Assembly (NCBI GenBank): GCA_951406725.2
Contig: OX597817.1
Coordinates: 123,194,001 to 123,258,000, forward strand
From: Octopus vulgaris
Taxonomy: Eukaryota
Length of the DNA: 64,000 nucleotides
Direction: 5' to 3'
The notes beneath the pieces are model-generated. The model saw nothing but the letters and a program-made list of their open reading frames with translations. It searched no databases and had not been told where the DNA came from. Each line of letters starts with the position of its first letter. Position 1 is the first letter of the stretch. Shown piece by piece: positions 14,461-28,189 of this stretch. The translations under genes were made by a program, and so were the position numbers.

Positions 14461-15989
14461 CCCACAACACGCACGCAAACACGCTCAAATAGATACACAC
14501 TTATATAAATATACTCTTACGTAGCTTAATGGCGAACGAATGAGAAAGGAGTGTTCAGTACAAGCTATTGTGGATATGGCTTGGTTTATTGAAGCTGAAG
14601 CAGAGAGTTCATTTTTCCAGTCGGGTTTTACGTCACTGTGATCATCAGGTGAGACTGAATGCATTTATGCGTGTATGTGTGGGTCTGTGAATGTATGTAT
14701 GTTTGTACGTACGAACATACATACATGCATACATAAATGCATGCATATATATATAAATTTTATAGGTTAAAACAGAGAGAAAAGGCAAATACTTAGTTGA
14801 GACATGACAAGGACATTTAATTTAATTCAATTTAATCTGGCTACATGACAAATGGTGGTAAAGATAGTAAAATACTGCTTCTGGGATATCCTACATATTG
14901 GAGCTTCGTACCGATCGAAGACTCTGTAAGCTGAGTATACCGTCACCGGGAAAATATAGTGGAAAAAAGTTCCTCGTGCATGAGGAACTCCTGGACATAG
15001 AACCAAGACAAATATCATTGATGATGAAAGTGTCACTAATGCTGTTGTTCATTCTTTAAGGTCGAAGTCCGGACAGATTGTACAGTTCCTCATAGAATTG
15101 GTATTTAACATCTACAGAAAGGTTGTTAGGTGAAATTTCGTGGTGCCTGACCGCAAAGTACAGGGAAAGCAAATTTGAGGGTGAATTCTCCTTGTTTTAT
15201 GCAGCTGCTGATCAGAGTAAATCTTCTGACGTACTTTTGATGCATCATTCCTTCTGTCATGCTATTGTGGAGTGTTCGTTCGAGTATCACAAAACAATCA
15301 GGGCAATGATATGTTCTATAACCAGATCGTTCAGTCTGACAAGCAATATCCGGAACAAAAGTACTTGCACAATCTGCTTCAAACTAAACCTGTCCAGATT
15401 TCAACAGTTTTATACGTAATACTCCACAGGAAGAAAAAGATATCTTACATACTTTGGAAGTATTCTCTCCACACAGTGTAAGTCCTAGAGTATTGTGGAG
15501 GGCATGATTCGAACAGCCCATGTCACTTTCCGAAAACTCTTTCGATAGCAAAATTTGAAATTACAAACCAGACCTGTGGTTTATTAAGCCATGGTTATTT
15601 CCTCATTTATCCATTGTTGTGAGATGAAAAAATGACTCAGTTGCCACATTTTATGCTACAAAGGACAACTGAAACGGACGACGGAAACGTCTCCTACATC
15701 GACGCTAAATGCTGGGTGCAACACGGGGAAGGCATAGCATTGTTATGATCAGCGTAGAATATATTGAGGAACACCTTGAGGAAATGAAGATAATAAACGG
15801 TTAGGATGAAAAATCTGCCAACACCGACCAAAGTCTCTACTGACCATCAAGTGACCTCTAGGGATAAAATTCAGCCTTTCCTGCCATTAGAGGCAGCGAC
15901 ATAAATGAGGAACTACAACAGAAGAAAGTAATGCTTGGAGGCGAGAAGCTTGGTAAGATTCACACACACACATACACACACACATACAT

Positions 15990-16320
15990 CTTTTATCTTT
16001 TATCATTTACTTGTTTCACTCATTAGACTGCGACCATACTGGGGTACGGCCTTAAAGAACTTCTATCGGTCTCTTTTACTGAATCACTAAGCCATGCTGA
16101 TGTAAACAAGCCAACACCGGTTATCAGGCAGTGGTGGAGGACAAATACAAAGACACACACACACACATACATGACAGGTTTCTTTTAGTTTCCGTCTACC
16201 AAATCCACTCACAAGGTTTAGGTCGGACCAAAGCAATAGTAGATGACAGTTGCTCAAGGTACGACTCAGTGGGACTGAACCTGGAACCATATAGTTTGGA
16301 AGCAAACTTATCACACGGTT
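15990..16320 (-). mobile_element. SINE family C copy
   Basis: Head GGTTCCAGGTTCAGTCCCACTG..ACCTTGAGCAA, GTGAGTGGATTTGGTAGACGGAAACT, shared tail. Confidence 0.75.
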
Positions 16321-16455
16321 ATATATGTGTGTGTGTACTTGTGTGTGTATGTGTGTGTGTATATATATATATATTTCAACATGTGATCTCTTGAGCACCA
16401 CCAGCTCAAATATTTTCTCCTCTGTCTTCCCTCCTTGGGATCTTTCCTTCTCCTT

Positions 16456-16490
16456 GTTTCCGACGAAGAGCTCCGCTCGAAACGTTAAGC
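16456..16490 (+). ncRNA. minimal type-I hammerhead ribozyme-like motif within a ~220 bp unit (16378-16597)
   Basis: GTTT-CCGACGA-A-GAGC-TCC-GCTC-GAAA-CG-TT-AAGC; core U4>C; (TA)n on both sides of the unit. Confidence 0.6.
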
Positions 16491-17365
16491 CCTCCTTCCC
16501 TTCTTTCCTGAGCGTCAATAATACTTTAATTGTTCCACGTCCTGCGTTGCTGTGTTTTTTTCTCTTTTTTTCTGTGTTTTCTTGTTTGGATTAACTATAT
16601 ATATCCGTATCCATATGTATATATATATATGTGTGTGTGTGAGAGAGAGAGAGAGTGAGACCCATCGTAATTGATGACCTAAACATATGCTTGCTCACAC
16701 GGAAACATGCATAAACACACAGACACACACACACACATGCACACATATATGCACACGCATATATGCATAATTATATGGACGTATACTAACTAGGGATTTA
16801 CTTGAGATATGGCATGCATTATACAAGCATAAATTTTATTAAAATGGTTTGTAGTTAAATATACGATGTGCTACCTGAATAATATTGGTCGGTTACCTTT
16901 TACGCATTTGTGTGCATTCTTTCCAATCATTCACAAGGCACCTATTATTACTGGGATTTTTTTTTCTGTTTCCTTATCCAACGCTGTGGTTATCTCTATT
17001 GCTAAGTTCTTGTATTTGAAAATTTTTCCATTTGTTTTTAGAAATCGTTATTATATCTTGGGATTATTATATCTCTGGTTTCCATTTATCATTTCGCTCT
17101 CTCTCTCTCTCTCTCTCTGCAAAGAGCATTGTCGCTTGGTTATTCTTGGAGACCTATTGCATTTCGTACCATCTCTTATCTGTTGGATGTAATGTTAGTA
17201 TAATTTCCTGTATTTGAAATCCCTATCTCTGTCATACCTATAATTTCCAAGGTTGAAAAGCACCACCTCTGTCAAGCCGTTTAGCTGAGAGTGGGCAGCA
17301 AGAATATAGTCATTCGTTGTAAATATGATCTTTCTGAGTCAGATCATGGTTAGTGCATCCTAAAG

Positions 17366-17707
17366 CTTCTTCTTCTTCTTCTTCTTCTTCTTCTTCTTCT
17401 TCTTCTTCTTCTTCTTCTTCTTCTTCTTCTTCTTCTTCTTCTTCTTCTTCTTCTTCTTCTTCTTCTTCTTCGTCTTCTTCTACTTCTTCTTCTTCTTCTT
17501 CGTCTTCTTCTTTTTCTTCGTCTTCTTCTTCTACTTCTTCTTCTTTTTCTTCGTCTTCTTCTTCTTCTTCTTCTTCTTCTTCTTCTTTTTCTTCTTTTTC
17601 TTCTTCTTCATCATCATCATCTTCTTCTTCTTCTTCTTCTTCTTCTTCATCATCTTCTTCTTCTTCTTCTTCTTCTTCTCGACCTCTACTTTTTTACTAC
17701 CACCACC

Positions 17708-17786
<79 letters not shown>

Positions 17787-17807
17787 GTACTGCTGCTATT
17801 ACTACTT

Positions 17808-17860
<53 letters not shown>

Positions 17861-17870
17861 GCTGCTGCTG

Positions 17871-17934
<64 letters not shown>

Positions 17935-18001
17935 CACTACTGTTGTTGTTGCTGCTGCTGCTATTGCTGCTATGACTGCTTCTGCGGCTGCTGTTGTTGT
18001 T
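17366..18001. repeat. compound trinucleotide microsatellite (TCT)n-(CAC)n-(TAC)n-(TGC)n-(TGT)n
   Basis: Directly visible. Confidence 0.98.
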
Positions 18002-18909
18002 CAAGTGAGCGAGTCTTTCTAAGAGAAATCCACGAGGAAAGTAATATTTTAACTGGATTACCCTATAAAAATTTTTTTTATATTCTTTGTTCTAGAAGAC
18101 ATTCGTATTATTTGAAATTCTGTCCCCTTATCCGTTCTCGAAGAAGACTTGCTCGTTTGATATGTTTAACTGTTTGCATAGTTTGGGCAAATAGCCAGGT
18201 ATATTGTCTTTCGTGGCTTAAATTGCTTCAAATTGTATCAATTAGAAGCGTTCGTTGCAGTGATGGTAGCAATAACAAGAACAAATACTATCGCAAATTA
18301 TTTTCAAAAGAAGACGGAAAAAAATTAGAAATGGAAAATATCAAAGAAACGAGACAGGACACATATTCAAGCTTAAATACAATTGAACAAATGAAGAATA
18401 ATGTTGGAAGTATTAATTTGAATGGAAAAACAACGAAAACTTCCTCAACAAATACCTTCCACTTTTTAATACGAGTTCATGGTTAAAATAAGCTACTAGA
18501 CTTGAGCTAATTCGATGAAAAAGAGAAATAAATGGATAGGTGTGTCAAAACTAGTAGCTTCATACCAAACGAATTTAATTTGTAAAGAGTGTGAAAAAGG
18601 AAGTTCAATAACTTTCAAAGATAACAAAAGAAGAAAGTGGACTTTCACATGACCAGGCCAGTATGTGACACGATGTGTGTTTCATAAACCGGAACATAGT
18701 ATATCAGAGCATGTATCTGATCATCAAAATCAGATGGGGGACAGATAATCCACCTCACGTCTCCTAAGCGTTTGGTCCCACATGATATACGAGGATCATG
18801 GCCAGAGAAAACTGAATGAACGTTAAGCCATGGCTTGTGTCTTCTGACTAACAGAATGGACAATAAGTGTTGAGTTGACTACAAGGTCATTACAGAGCTG
18901 TAACGTATT

Positions 18910-19105
18910 GGTTTCAAATTCTGGCGCAAAGCCAGCAAGTTCAGGGAAGGGGCTAAGTAGATTACATCGACCTCTGTGCTCAACTTGTACTTAATTGTAT
19001 CGGTCCACCTCGGCGGAATTTGAACTCAAAACGAGAAGACGGACGAAATATCACAAAGCATTTTGCCCGGCGTGCTAAAAATTCTATCAGCTCACCGACT
19101 TACGG
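18910..19105 (-). mobile_element. SINE family A (tRNA-derived)
   Basis: GGTGAGCTGATAGAA..TTAGCACGCCGGGC..GAGTTCAAATTCCGCCGAGG; same family at 21885, 23975, 28781, 30515, 37898, 51055 and 54625. Confidence 0.75.
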
Positions 19106-20520
19106 AGCTGTAACATATTGAGAGTGCAGCGAGTAAGCTAATTAAACTAGCACTGTAGAGCATAAAGCCAATTCCCTACATGTGTAGTAGTAAGGGACGT
19201 ATGAAAGGTTTACTACCAAAAAGATCATGGTAAACAAAAGGATTAAAGAACCTGCATTTGGCAGCCAAGTGGCAATAACAACAGCAGGACCCACTGGTGA
19301 AGACCATGGTTGCCGCTAACACCATTTTCATATACCACAGTCGAGTTTCGAAAATAATCGAAATTGAACAATGAATTATCTCGTATGCCGAGTGTCGTTA
19401 ATGTCACGTTTAAGCATCGACAAACCGAAAGATCTCTTTTCGAATATGACTGTCTAGAGGCTCCGCGTAGTATTTATGCCTTGTCATCTTACAATGATTG
19501 CAGAGGTAATGAAATTTGGAGAAAAGCAAAAAAAACTGTAAAAAAAAAAGGAAAAAGAAAATAGCCAAACAAAAAGCAAGTGATTTGAAGGTCATCACAA
19601 GGAATCATCTAGAGCTTTGAGTGATTGAAATTTACGGTAATCCGAAATTTTACTAATGGCACTAAAAAGTAAAACTACATGATGTGCTGATTAAATACGA
19701 GGTAAATGAAGGACACCAAAAGCCTCCGGATAAGAGATAGCAGTTTAAGTTCATAGCAGAGGTATATCGACAGCTGAAGAATCATCAGCTAGGAAATGAG
19801 GGGCTCTTTCGATTAAGCGAAAGTCAAAAATGCTGTCAGGCAATTTTGGTGGAGCAAGTTCGTTGAAAGTGATCGGAGCAGAAAGTGGTTTCGAGCATGA
19901 AGTAGTCTAGTTCCAACTAGACAGGAGTTTCTCACTTTCTTGTGATTAAGCTGCCTGTTTGTGTATTTGTTTGGTGTACTACAGTTTAACATGTCACAAT
20001 ATATTATATTACGTTTTTGTCCCACTTTAGTACATACATACACAGGCAAAAAGACCACAAGGTCTTGCTATCTTCGATGATACAAGTACCGACTCAAAAC
20101 AACACTGAAAGCCTCTGGAATTGAGCCTAAATCGTTTGAAACACAAGCTTGAGACTGTACCAAATGACAGTGTTCTATCACCATCAGAACCAAAAAACCT
20201 CAAAACCACAAGAAGAGAAAAGGGAAGAAATCAAACGACTCCACTTCAACGTCTTCCACCAACATTACCATGCAGTCAATGACATCGACTCTTCTATGCA
20301 AGAATTGGTCTACAGAGACATCAACAATGAACGAATCGTTCCACAGAGAAGAAACTAAGTTCTAGGAAAAGAGGAAAAACCGACGACGACACACACACAC
20401 ACACATACATACATACATGCATACATACATACATACATACATACATACATACATACATACATACATACATACATACATACATACAAACATACATACATAC
20501 ATACATACATGCATACATAC

Positions 20521-21735
20521 AAAATGCCTTTGAATGTCGCAACATATCCTTTCGGCAACATCTTTTAATCACAAAGTGTCGAAGTGCATCCCTTGATCAA
20601 TTTTGCATGCATGAGGCTGATAACATCATAAGACTTGGAAGGCCGCTCCTTGAGCAACACTCGCTGGCTGATAACCTAGAATACATGCCCAAAGAAGTCG
20701 CACGAATTTACCGCAACGTATCATCAAATGAAAAGATGAGCTTATATGAGCAGAAGACTATGCATGGATATGCTACTAGAAAGGCCCGTAATGATAGTAA
20801 CACTGATCATCAAAGCAGTTTATCATGGATCAATAGCCGGATTACTACCTCCCACTTTGAAGGGTATGCGTTTGCAATCCAGGAACAGGAAATATCAACC
20901 AAGTACCTGATGCACAAAACGATAGAGATGCAGGTAAAGCCGTAAAGAGTGACAACCGATGCAGACTTTGTTTAAGTTCACACTGAAGATATCATCCACA
21001 CCATAAGCAGTTGTCCGAAAATGTCATCACGGTATTAGCTACCGATGAGACATGACGTTGTAGCTAGGACACTCTGTTATGAAATCCGATTGAAAGATAA
21101 TCCCGAGGACAAAAAAATAATAACCCACAATATGGTAGAAGCTGTAGCCACTCATAATAAAAAGGAATACTGGTGGAATGTACCAGTGAATACCTAAATA
21201 AAATGTAAGCACAACAGACCTGATTTGGGATAGAGAAGAGAAACTGTGTATAGTTGTGGAAATTAGCTGCCTAGCGGATGTTAACATAAAGCTGAAGATC
21301 AATGAAAAGAGAACATCTATCCTGAACTATTGAGTAATCTGCAGTTACTCTATCCAGATTACAAGTGCAGGTTTAAACCTGTAATTACTGGGGCCTCGGG
21401 ATATGTAACACATTGCCTAAATACCAATCTTGAGAAATTAGGCTTCTCATAACCAGGAAGGAGAAAGCTAATTCGAAGACTACAGATCCAGTCCATCTAT
21501 AAAACTCTCCAGAAATTTATCATTTAATTATATATGAGCATATCTAGATATGCAACTATACGCATTAGAATACATACATAAAAAATACAAATCTGCACAT
21601 ACATACATACATACATACATACATACATACATACATACATACATACAAAAATACTCTGTTGCTGATGTTGAAATTCCAATGGAGACATCTAGGTTAGAAA
21701 CCAGTTCTTTCTCTATTGGCAAAAGAATTTGAAAT
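20521..21735 (+). mobile_element. 5'-truncated RLE-type non-LTR retrotransposon (R4/Dong-like), degraded
   Basis: KTMHGY...SSLSW...HFEGYAFAIQEQEISTKY, zinc knuckle CRLC..H.ISSC, RHDVVA, HNRPDL endonuclease motif, PVITGASG; (CATA)n directly 5' and in the 3' region. Confidence 0.85.
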
Positions 21736-21884
21736 AAGCTGAATAATGACTTACATGTATGTATGCATGTATGTATGTATGTATGTATGTATGTATGTAT
21801 GTATGTATGTATGTATGCATGTGTGTGTAAGTATGTATGTATGTGTGTGTATGTGTGTGTGTATGTGTATGTGTGTGTGTGTAT

Positions 21885-22060
21885 GTATGCTTAGTGACAT
21901 TTCTTCCTGTTCTTTCTGTTATGAGATCAAACTCCACCGAGGTCAACTTTGCCTTCTCATCTTTTCGGGGTCAAAATAAGCATCAATTTTGCACTGGGGT
22001 CAACGTAATCGACTTATTCCCTCCCCTAAACTGCTTGCCTTGCACCAAAATTTGAAGCAA
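21885..22060 (+). mobile_element. SINE family A copy
   Basis: GAGATCAAACTCCACCGAGGTCAACTTTGCCTTCTCATCTTTTCGGGGTC. Confidence 0.7.
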
Positions 22061-22429
22061 TTATTCTACAGAAGTTGACTTTGCCATTTATACTTTAGCG
22101 ATCGATAAAATAAGTACCAGCTGAGTACTGAGTACTCTTATAGTTGGCTCCCATATTACGAAGCAGTCATTTTTTTCATCTTTCTTCGAGACACGACTTC
22201 TTGAATCATTACCAAATGAAATTTTATTTTGAGCACTTGGAAAAATATATATTAATCTTAGCTTGCCGTCAACACCAGTCTGTAGAAAAAAAACTTAGTT
22301 CGTTTTATAGCTTTACAAACATTTAATAATTATTAACACTATATTTTCGCATAAAATGACTGCCAAATTGCATATAACATCAACTTTGAAGATAATTTAT
22401 GACTAGCCGGTGCTTATATACATATATAG

Positions 22430-23100
22430 GTGTCTTTATGCTGAAATCAAAACAGTTTATATTAATTTGAAGTATTCTTCAGTACATTTTGTAGAGTACA
22501 CATTCATTATTCTTTAACACGAATAGCAGTGACAGTGATAACGAAGTTTCGACCAGCTAAGTCATCATCGGACTGTAATTCATTTAAGTTCCTCTTGGCT
22601 TTATATAGTCTCTTTCAAGTTAAAAACATTCTATGGCAACCTGGGTTCTGTTGAATGGTGATTATGTTGTATGTTTGGTCCTAGTGGCTAAAAGGTATGG
22701 AGAATTTCTACTGATTAAGATTGGATAAGCGCTAATTGCTAAAACTTATACATGTATGTATATGTATATCTATTAGGTTTGTCATCTTCAGATCATATGT
22801 GTTCACAAAGAGATGTAGTTAGGTCGCTGGACAGCAGATCTTTCCCTTGAGTTGTTTGTCGCTGGTTTTATTTAAATATTAATGCTATATTTGAGTTTTG
22901 TATTGAGAACATGAAGGTTAAATCTTAGAGCGCAGTCTAGTGTGCTGACCATTGTATTAGATGTGTTGCTTTATATGTCAGTTTTTAGGTCATTAGTATT
23001 TAAGGGTTCACAAAAGAATGTAAGTAGGTGGCGGAAAATGTGTTAATCAAGTATAAGTTAATCAAGTGTATGTAAGTTAATGACTGAAGCAGAAGACCTA
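22430..23100 (-). mobile_element. Penelope-like GIY-YIG 3' end followed by a pLTR hammerhead
   Basis: Decayed KT..QL..R...SLCEHI...PRL..EC; directly downstream CCGATGA-T-GAC..GTC-GAAAC-TTC-GTT (22540-22575). Confidence 0.6.
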
Positions 23101-23168
23101 GTTACTATATTATTTCAGTGCTGATAGCCCCCGAAAAACTGAAAAGACAAATAAATAAATAGCTGGAT

Positions 23169-23212
<44 letters not shown>

Positions 23213-23705
23213 AGAGAGAGAGAGAGTGTGTGTGTGAGAGAGAGTGAGTGAGTGAAAGAGAGAGAAGAAAATAACCAAGAAAAGGAAGAGGAGAAAGAAA
23301 AGCTAAGGTTTACCGTCTTAGAAAATCAAACAAATAGATTATAGGCAAAATTGCACGGATGTGGTGTCACATTGGGAATAATTTAAAGTTAGGTGCGGAA
23401 TATAATCAATGTGCATATGATATATTATTAATGAAAGTATAACTAAGGCATTACAACGGACTTAAAAGAAATAACTTTAAGGATATTGGTACCTTTCAAT
23501 ACCAAATTTCCCAAAAGTTGTCCACTCGTACAGTTTTTGCACTCGTACAAAGGTCACTGAGTGCCCCCAAACAACCTAGCCAGTAAATTTTCCTTTTCCA
23601 TTCCTTTGCTTTTATTTCTATCTGTTTTGTAATACGATTTTTAAATTTAATTTCGTGCAAATATATGCACTCTTAAAATTTTAATTCGTCCATTCCTATA
23701 TATAT

Positions 23706-23740
<35 letters not shown>

Positions 23741-23974
23741 TACTATGTTACTCTTTGTTACTTGTTTCAGTCATTTGATTGCAGCCATGATGGAGCACCA
23801 ACATTTCTCACTCCTTTCTTTCGTACTTATAAATTTGTCTCTCACACCTTACTTTTCGTAATTGCTAATGCATGTTCCGTATTTTTGTATCATCTTTACT
23901 GCTTGAAGTCAATAAAGAAAAGATAAGGATAATAACGATGATCATATTATTAATAATAAGCCTTTCTACTAAAA

Positions 23975-24122
23975 GCACAAGTGTTTCACTGGTACTTAAT
24001 TTATCTGGTACTCCAAAAGGATGAAATGCTAAGCCTACCTCAGCGGAATTTGAACTCAGAACGTAATGAAATGACGCTAAGCATTTTGGTCGGTGTGCTA
24101 GCGATTCTGCCAGCTCACTGCT
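23975..24122 (-). mobile_element. SINE family A copy
   Basis: GTGAGCTGGCAGAATCGCTAGCACACCG...GAGTTCAAATTCCGCTGAGG. Confidence 0.7.
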
Positions 24123-25028
24123 TTATTGAGTAATGATAATGGCGACAATAATATTCAGAGTAATGGTTATCGTTACTGTTATATTTATTAGTATTATTAG
24201 TTTATAGATATCGTAGAATCTTAATATAAAGCCATAGTTGTCGGAACACCTACTAGTCAATGATAAAAACGAGAAGCTTTAGAATGTGCACGGAGCTTAA
24301 AACAGAACAATGCATGCAAAACTGATAAGGAAATAAATTAGTGATGCAGAAATGTCATCAAGAGAAAAAAAAATCACAAAAGAAACAAAAAAAAACAAAA
24401 CAAAACAAAACATTAGAATATAATTAGTCTTCAGAGATTAATCTAATACCAATCATATTCACTTTGTTTTCTTATTGTTTTTCTATATACGTTTGATACT
24501 ATAATTCTGTGACGGTTTCATTTCTGACGTTGTACTTGCCAACATTTTCAAATTTATTTATTAATGTTGAAGACAATAAAATAACTGTAGCATTTCTCTT
24601 TTTATTTTTGAAAACAGAGAGCCAGAAATGTCGAAAGGTCTTTGTTAATAGAATATCAGACAACTTTTTAAAAAATCGGCAATTTCTATTCTATTAATAT
24701 CACTATGTTGCCTTCATTTCCAAAGCATTTATATTCATCTTAAATGACCGGACAATAAACTAACCACAACGCACCACTATTTTTTTTTTTTCGTGTAGTT
24801 ATTTGGTAGGTCATGGATTAAGTTCACGACTCTAGTAGAAACACGATGTGGTTTAAAATTAGAAAGCAAAAATCCGAGGAAAATAGCTCTCTGACGCTCT
24901 AACGATTACAGTAGTCCACTGCCCTGGAATGGTGCATTTGGAGGTAGATTTGACCTTGGCGAGATTTGAACTTAAAACGGGAGAATCCTGAATAAAAATC
25001 GTAATAAATTTCGCCCGACGCAAATCTA

Positions 25029-25029
<1 letters not shown>

Positions 25030-25088
<59 letters not shown>

Positions 25089-25160
25089 GTTGCTGGTGCT
25101 GCTGCTGCTACTACTACTGCTGCTGCTGCTACTGCTGCTGATGCTGATGCTGCTGCTACA
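25030..25160. repeat. (TAC)n/(TGC)n compound microsatellite
   Basis: Directly visible. Confidence 0.95.
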
Positions 25161-27039
25161 AATAGTTGCAGTAGTAGTCTTAGTAGTTCTTGTTATTTAG
25201 CTGTAAGTCAACTTTGAATAGAACTATGACGAAAGCTGTCCCAGCTTAAAATGTTACATGTGATGTATAGTGTATCTTGGTTTACATTATCTATTTCAAA
25301 AAGATATGCTACAATTTGGTAGAAATTTGGCTGCTATTTCCATCAGGAGTTGGGTTTACCTCCATGCTCATTTCATTCACAGAATTAAAAAAATACACTA
25401 AAGTAAATGTGTCTGTTTTGGAGATGATAACAAGTATGGCTCAATCTTCCATAAAAGTGAGAGTATTGAATTTTCTTTATTACTAGTATAACAATTTTTA
25501 TTATCTTTTTGTTCTAACAGTGTGTAATGTTATAAAATAGAGCTCGAGTACATCTGCTTCAACAACCTATATCTCAAGTGATGCATTACAGAGAGAAGCG
25601 AAGAGGTAGCGATAAATATGGCTTTAGTGGAATTTTGTTCAATAGGAATCAATCGAAACTTTTCAGTCGGATCGTCTATCGATAGGTAGTGACTGCCCAC
25701 GGTGTATTACGTTCTGGAATCGTTTCCAAAGCGTGCATCATTTCAGAATACGTTGCCAACTAACCACTACTCCAATCTGAATCGTTTTGTATCATACTCT
25801 TAGTCCTTCAACCATATTGGATCTCATTACTTTAGTATACACTGAATCTTACTCAGACGATGTAAACGATTATTTCAACCTTAGAATTTGAAGTTATCGT
25901 TATTGTAATAAAGGAATATAAACCAAGAAAAGAAGCTAAAATTAAGTCGGATAAGTCGGTGAGTGGCACATGAATAAACAACTTACTGTCACCGGCCTCC
26001 GTTGTAGGAGGCTGGACTGATGGAGCAGCTAAACTGGTTGACAAATAATTCAAGTTAGGTTGGTAAGAGACCGTATAAAAGGGATTGCCAGTCTCATCCA
26101 GAAATAGAGTGGAAGCTATTCCTTAAAAGTCTGGCAAACGCGTACACCAACTCCGTTATATCTGCCCTCTAATCATCTTGCCTTTTCTATTTTATCATTT
26201 GACGAGATTAGAACGTTTGGCTGTTTTGCTTCTTGAGGAGGATCAATGTGTGCTTCTGATGAAGAAAATCATCAGTTTCCCAAACTCTCTTAAAGCTTTT
26301 CTTGATATAGCGTAGCTGATGTTGGCCAAACATAGCAAGGATGTAGTCTGTGCAGGTATTTTCGGAAGATGAGGTTTTGTGGCCATCCTTTGTTAAGCCT
26401 GGTTTCTCACAGCTCGTCAAGCGAAAACCAAAACAAACCACCTGGTAGGCCCTCCATCAATTGTGTTAAATATAATATAATTGGTAGAACTTTCATGTTA
26501 GCATTCCATAGCAGCAACAAAGTTCTCAAAAAAATTTGGCTTTGATGAGAATCAACTGGCCGGGTTGTTTCATAGAGTCCAATCCGGAGATTCAGGATAG
26601 CTTCAAAATTCCCTGCTTTTACAGTGCTGCCTTGCGACTGATCAAGTGGGTATTGCAATTTCGAGTTAAATTCTTCCAGTGAGAGTGTTTCCAGTCAGCT
26701 CTGTCCAAGATGAGTGAAGAGCAACTAAAGTCTATCTAGTGGCTACAAAGAAACTATGAAACAGATTTTGTAATGGAGACAACTGGAAAAACTGAGAACA
26801 AGTTTTCCTTCTCCAGTTAAGTCTTAATCGACTTTTCAACGTCTCACGAATGCGAGGAACAAATTTCTTCCCGATGTAGGTTAAAATAAGAGGGTGAGTC
26901 GATAAGATAAGAGGCAGAGTCGATGAAAATAAAGTAACTCCACATTATGGAATCAGTGTAGTTGATTGTCCCTCTCATTAACTTTCTGTCTTTGTATCTA
27001 AGGTAAAAAAAAATATTGGGTGGATAGTTTCGATTAATC

Positions 27040-27590
27040 TCTATCCTCAAACGAGTTTTTGCTACATGATATTCGTATCTAAGAGCTCTATCCAAAATAT
27101 ATTAGTTGCATAGTTTTCACTGAACCATAGGCGCTTGCTTTCGAGGCTTGTTTTGTATTTTCTATGATCATATTTACTGCATTCTCTCACTTTAACGCTA
27201 CTGCTTTCATCACTTCCCCCACAAATTCTACATAACGGTAATTCAAAAGTTCTTATCGACGTACACTTTATTCTAAGTGCTTGTCCCTCTGTTGTACAAA
27301 TTAGATGCTTTAATTCCAACCTTTAAATCTGATTTTCACTCCCTTGCTTATTCAAACAATTGGATATATCTTTTTTGAAGTATGAATTTATTGTTTTTCC
27401 AACCTAAAATGTATCTTTTTTTCTCTATTCTGCTTCTCCAAAAGTCATCTTTATCAATACAACCTACTGTCTCTATTACACAAGAGAATTTTACACCAAC
27501 CAACAACAATTCCGAACTATTAGCTTTAAACTATTCCCGAAAGTTCTCTTCACCTCCTCAAAACTGATCAAGTTTCTTCCTTTATTCTCT
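27040..27590 (-). mobile_element. R4/Dong-like LINE fragment (post-RT region and zinc knuckle)
   Basis: LICTTEGQALRIK...PLCRICGGSDES...RECSK...KYK (cf. LIxAAQEQALRT...CRxC...SEC..EYK). Confidence 0.75.
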
Positions 27591-28042
27591 GGCCAGATAG
27601 TGTCAAATATAATAGAGTAACGTTACTTTTATTAAAAACACGTGGGAAAATTGTTTTGTACTGGAAAGACCCAGTAAAATGTAAAAAAAAAAGAAAAAGG
27701 AAAAAATTCGATCATTTCCGTCTTGTGTTATATCTCGCACTAATCAAGAAATTGCAAATCAGAAAAATTGCTGATTGTATTTCTTTCTTGTGGAACATCA
27801 AATACTATCTGTTTAACAGGAAGGCTGTCGTAAAAACAGTTGAGGGACATAATATCAATTACTGGCTGTCAAATCAGTGCCGAAATATTCTACGAGGAGT
27901 TATACCAATTTAGCAATGGCGTAAATAGATTATAATAATTACATCTTTCTTTTTTTCTTTATCCTTTCTTTCTTTCTTTCTTTCTTTTTTTCACGTATAT
28001 GTATAAGTGCGACATGATACCTCTTTTGTGGGTAATAATATG

Positions 28043-28088
28043 CATGAAACGTTTCAATTTAGCGAATACCGGATTTCATCAGAGCTAG
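28043..28088 (-). ncRNA. hammerhead ribozyme-like motif
   Basis: CTGATGA-AAT..ATT-GAAA-CG-TT; core intact, stem I weak. Confidence 0.4.
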
Positions 28089-28189
28089 TATGCACCGGTA
28101 GAAGACTGATTTGAGAATGTTAGGAGAAGTATCTGGATTAGTTTAAATAAGGAGAAACTTTCCAAGGTTATAATACGCCACCTTTTTTA

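Noticed and set aside
14615-14655. CTGATGA-T-CAC..GT-AAAAC hammerhead-like remnant (minus strand)
   Set aside because: GAAA and the cleavage triplet are missing
14800-15960. Unique-looking block with short ORFs
   Set aside because: No consistent splice phases or recognisable motif; probably an old transposon
17353-18486. 377-aa ORF, the longest in the window
   Set aside because: GTG start, more than half microsatellite, no recognisable domain
25820-26800. Possible LINE RT remnant (GFR, RPV motifs, minus strand)
   Set aside because: Too degenerate to assign by eye
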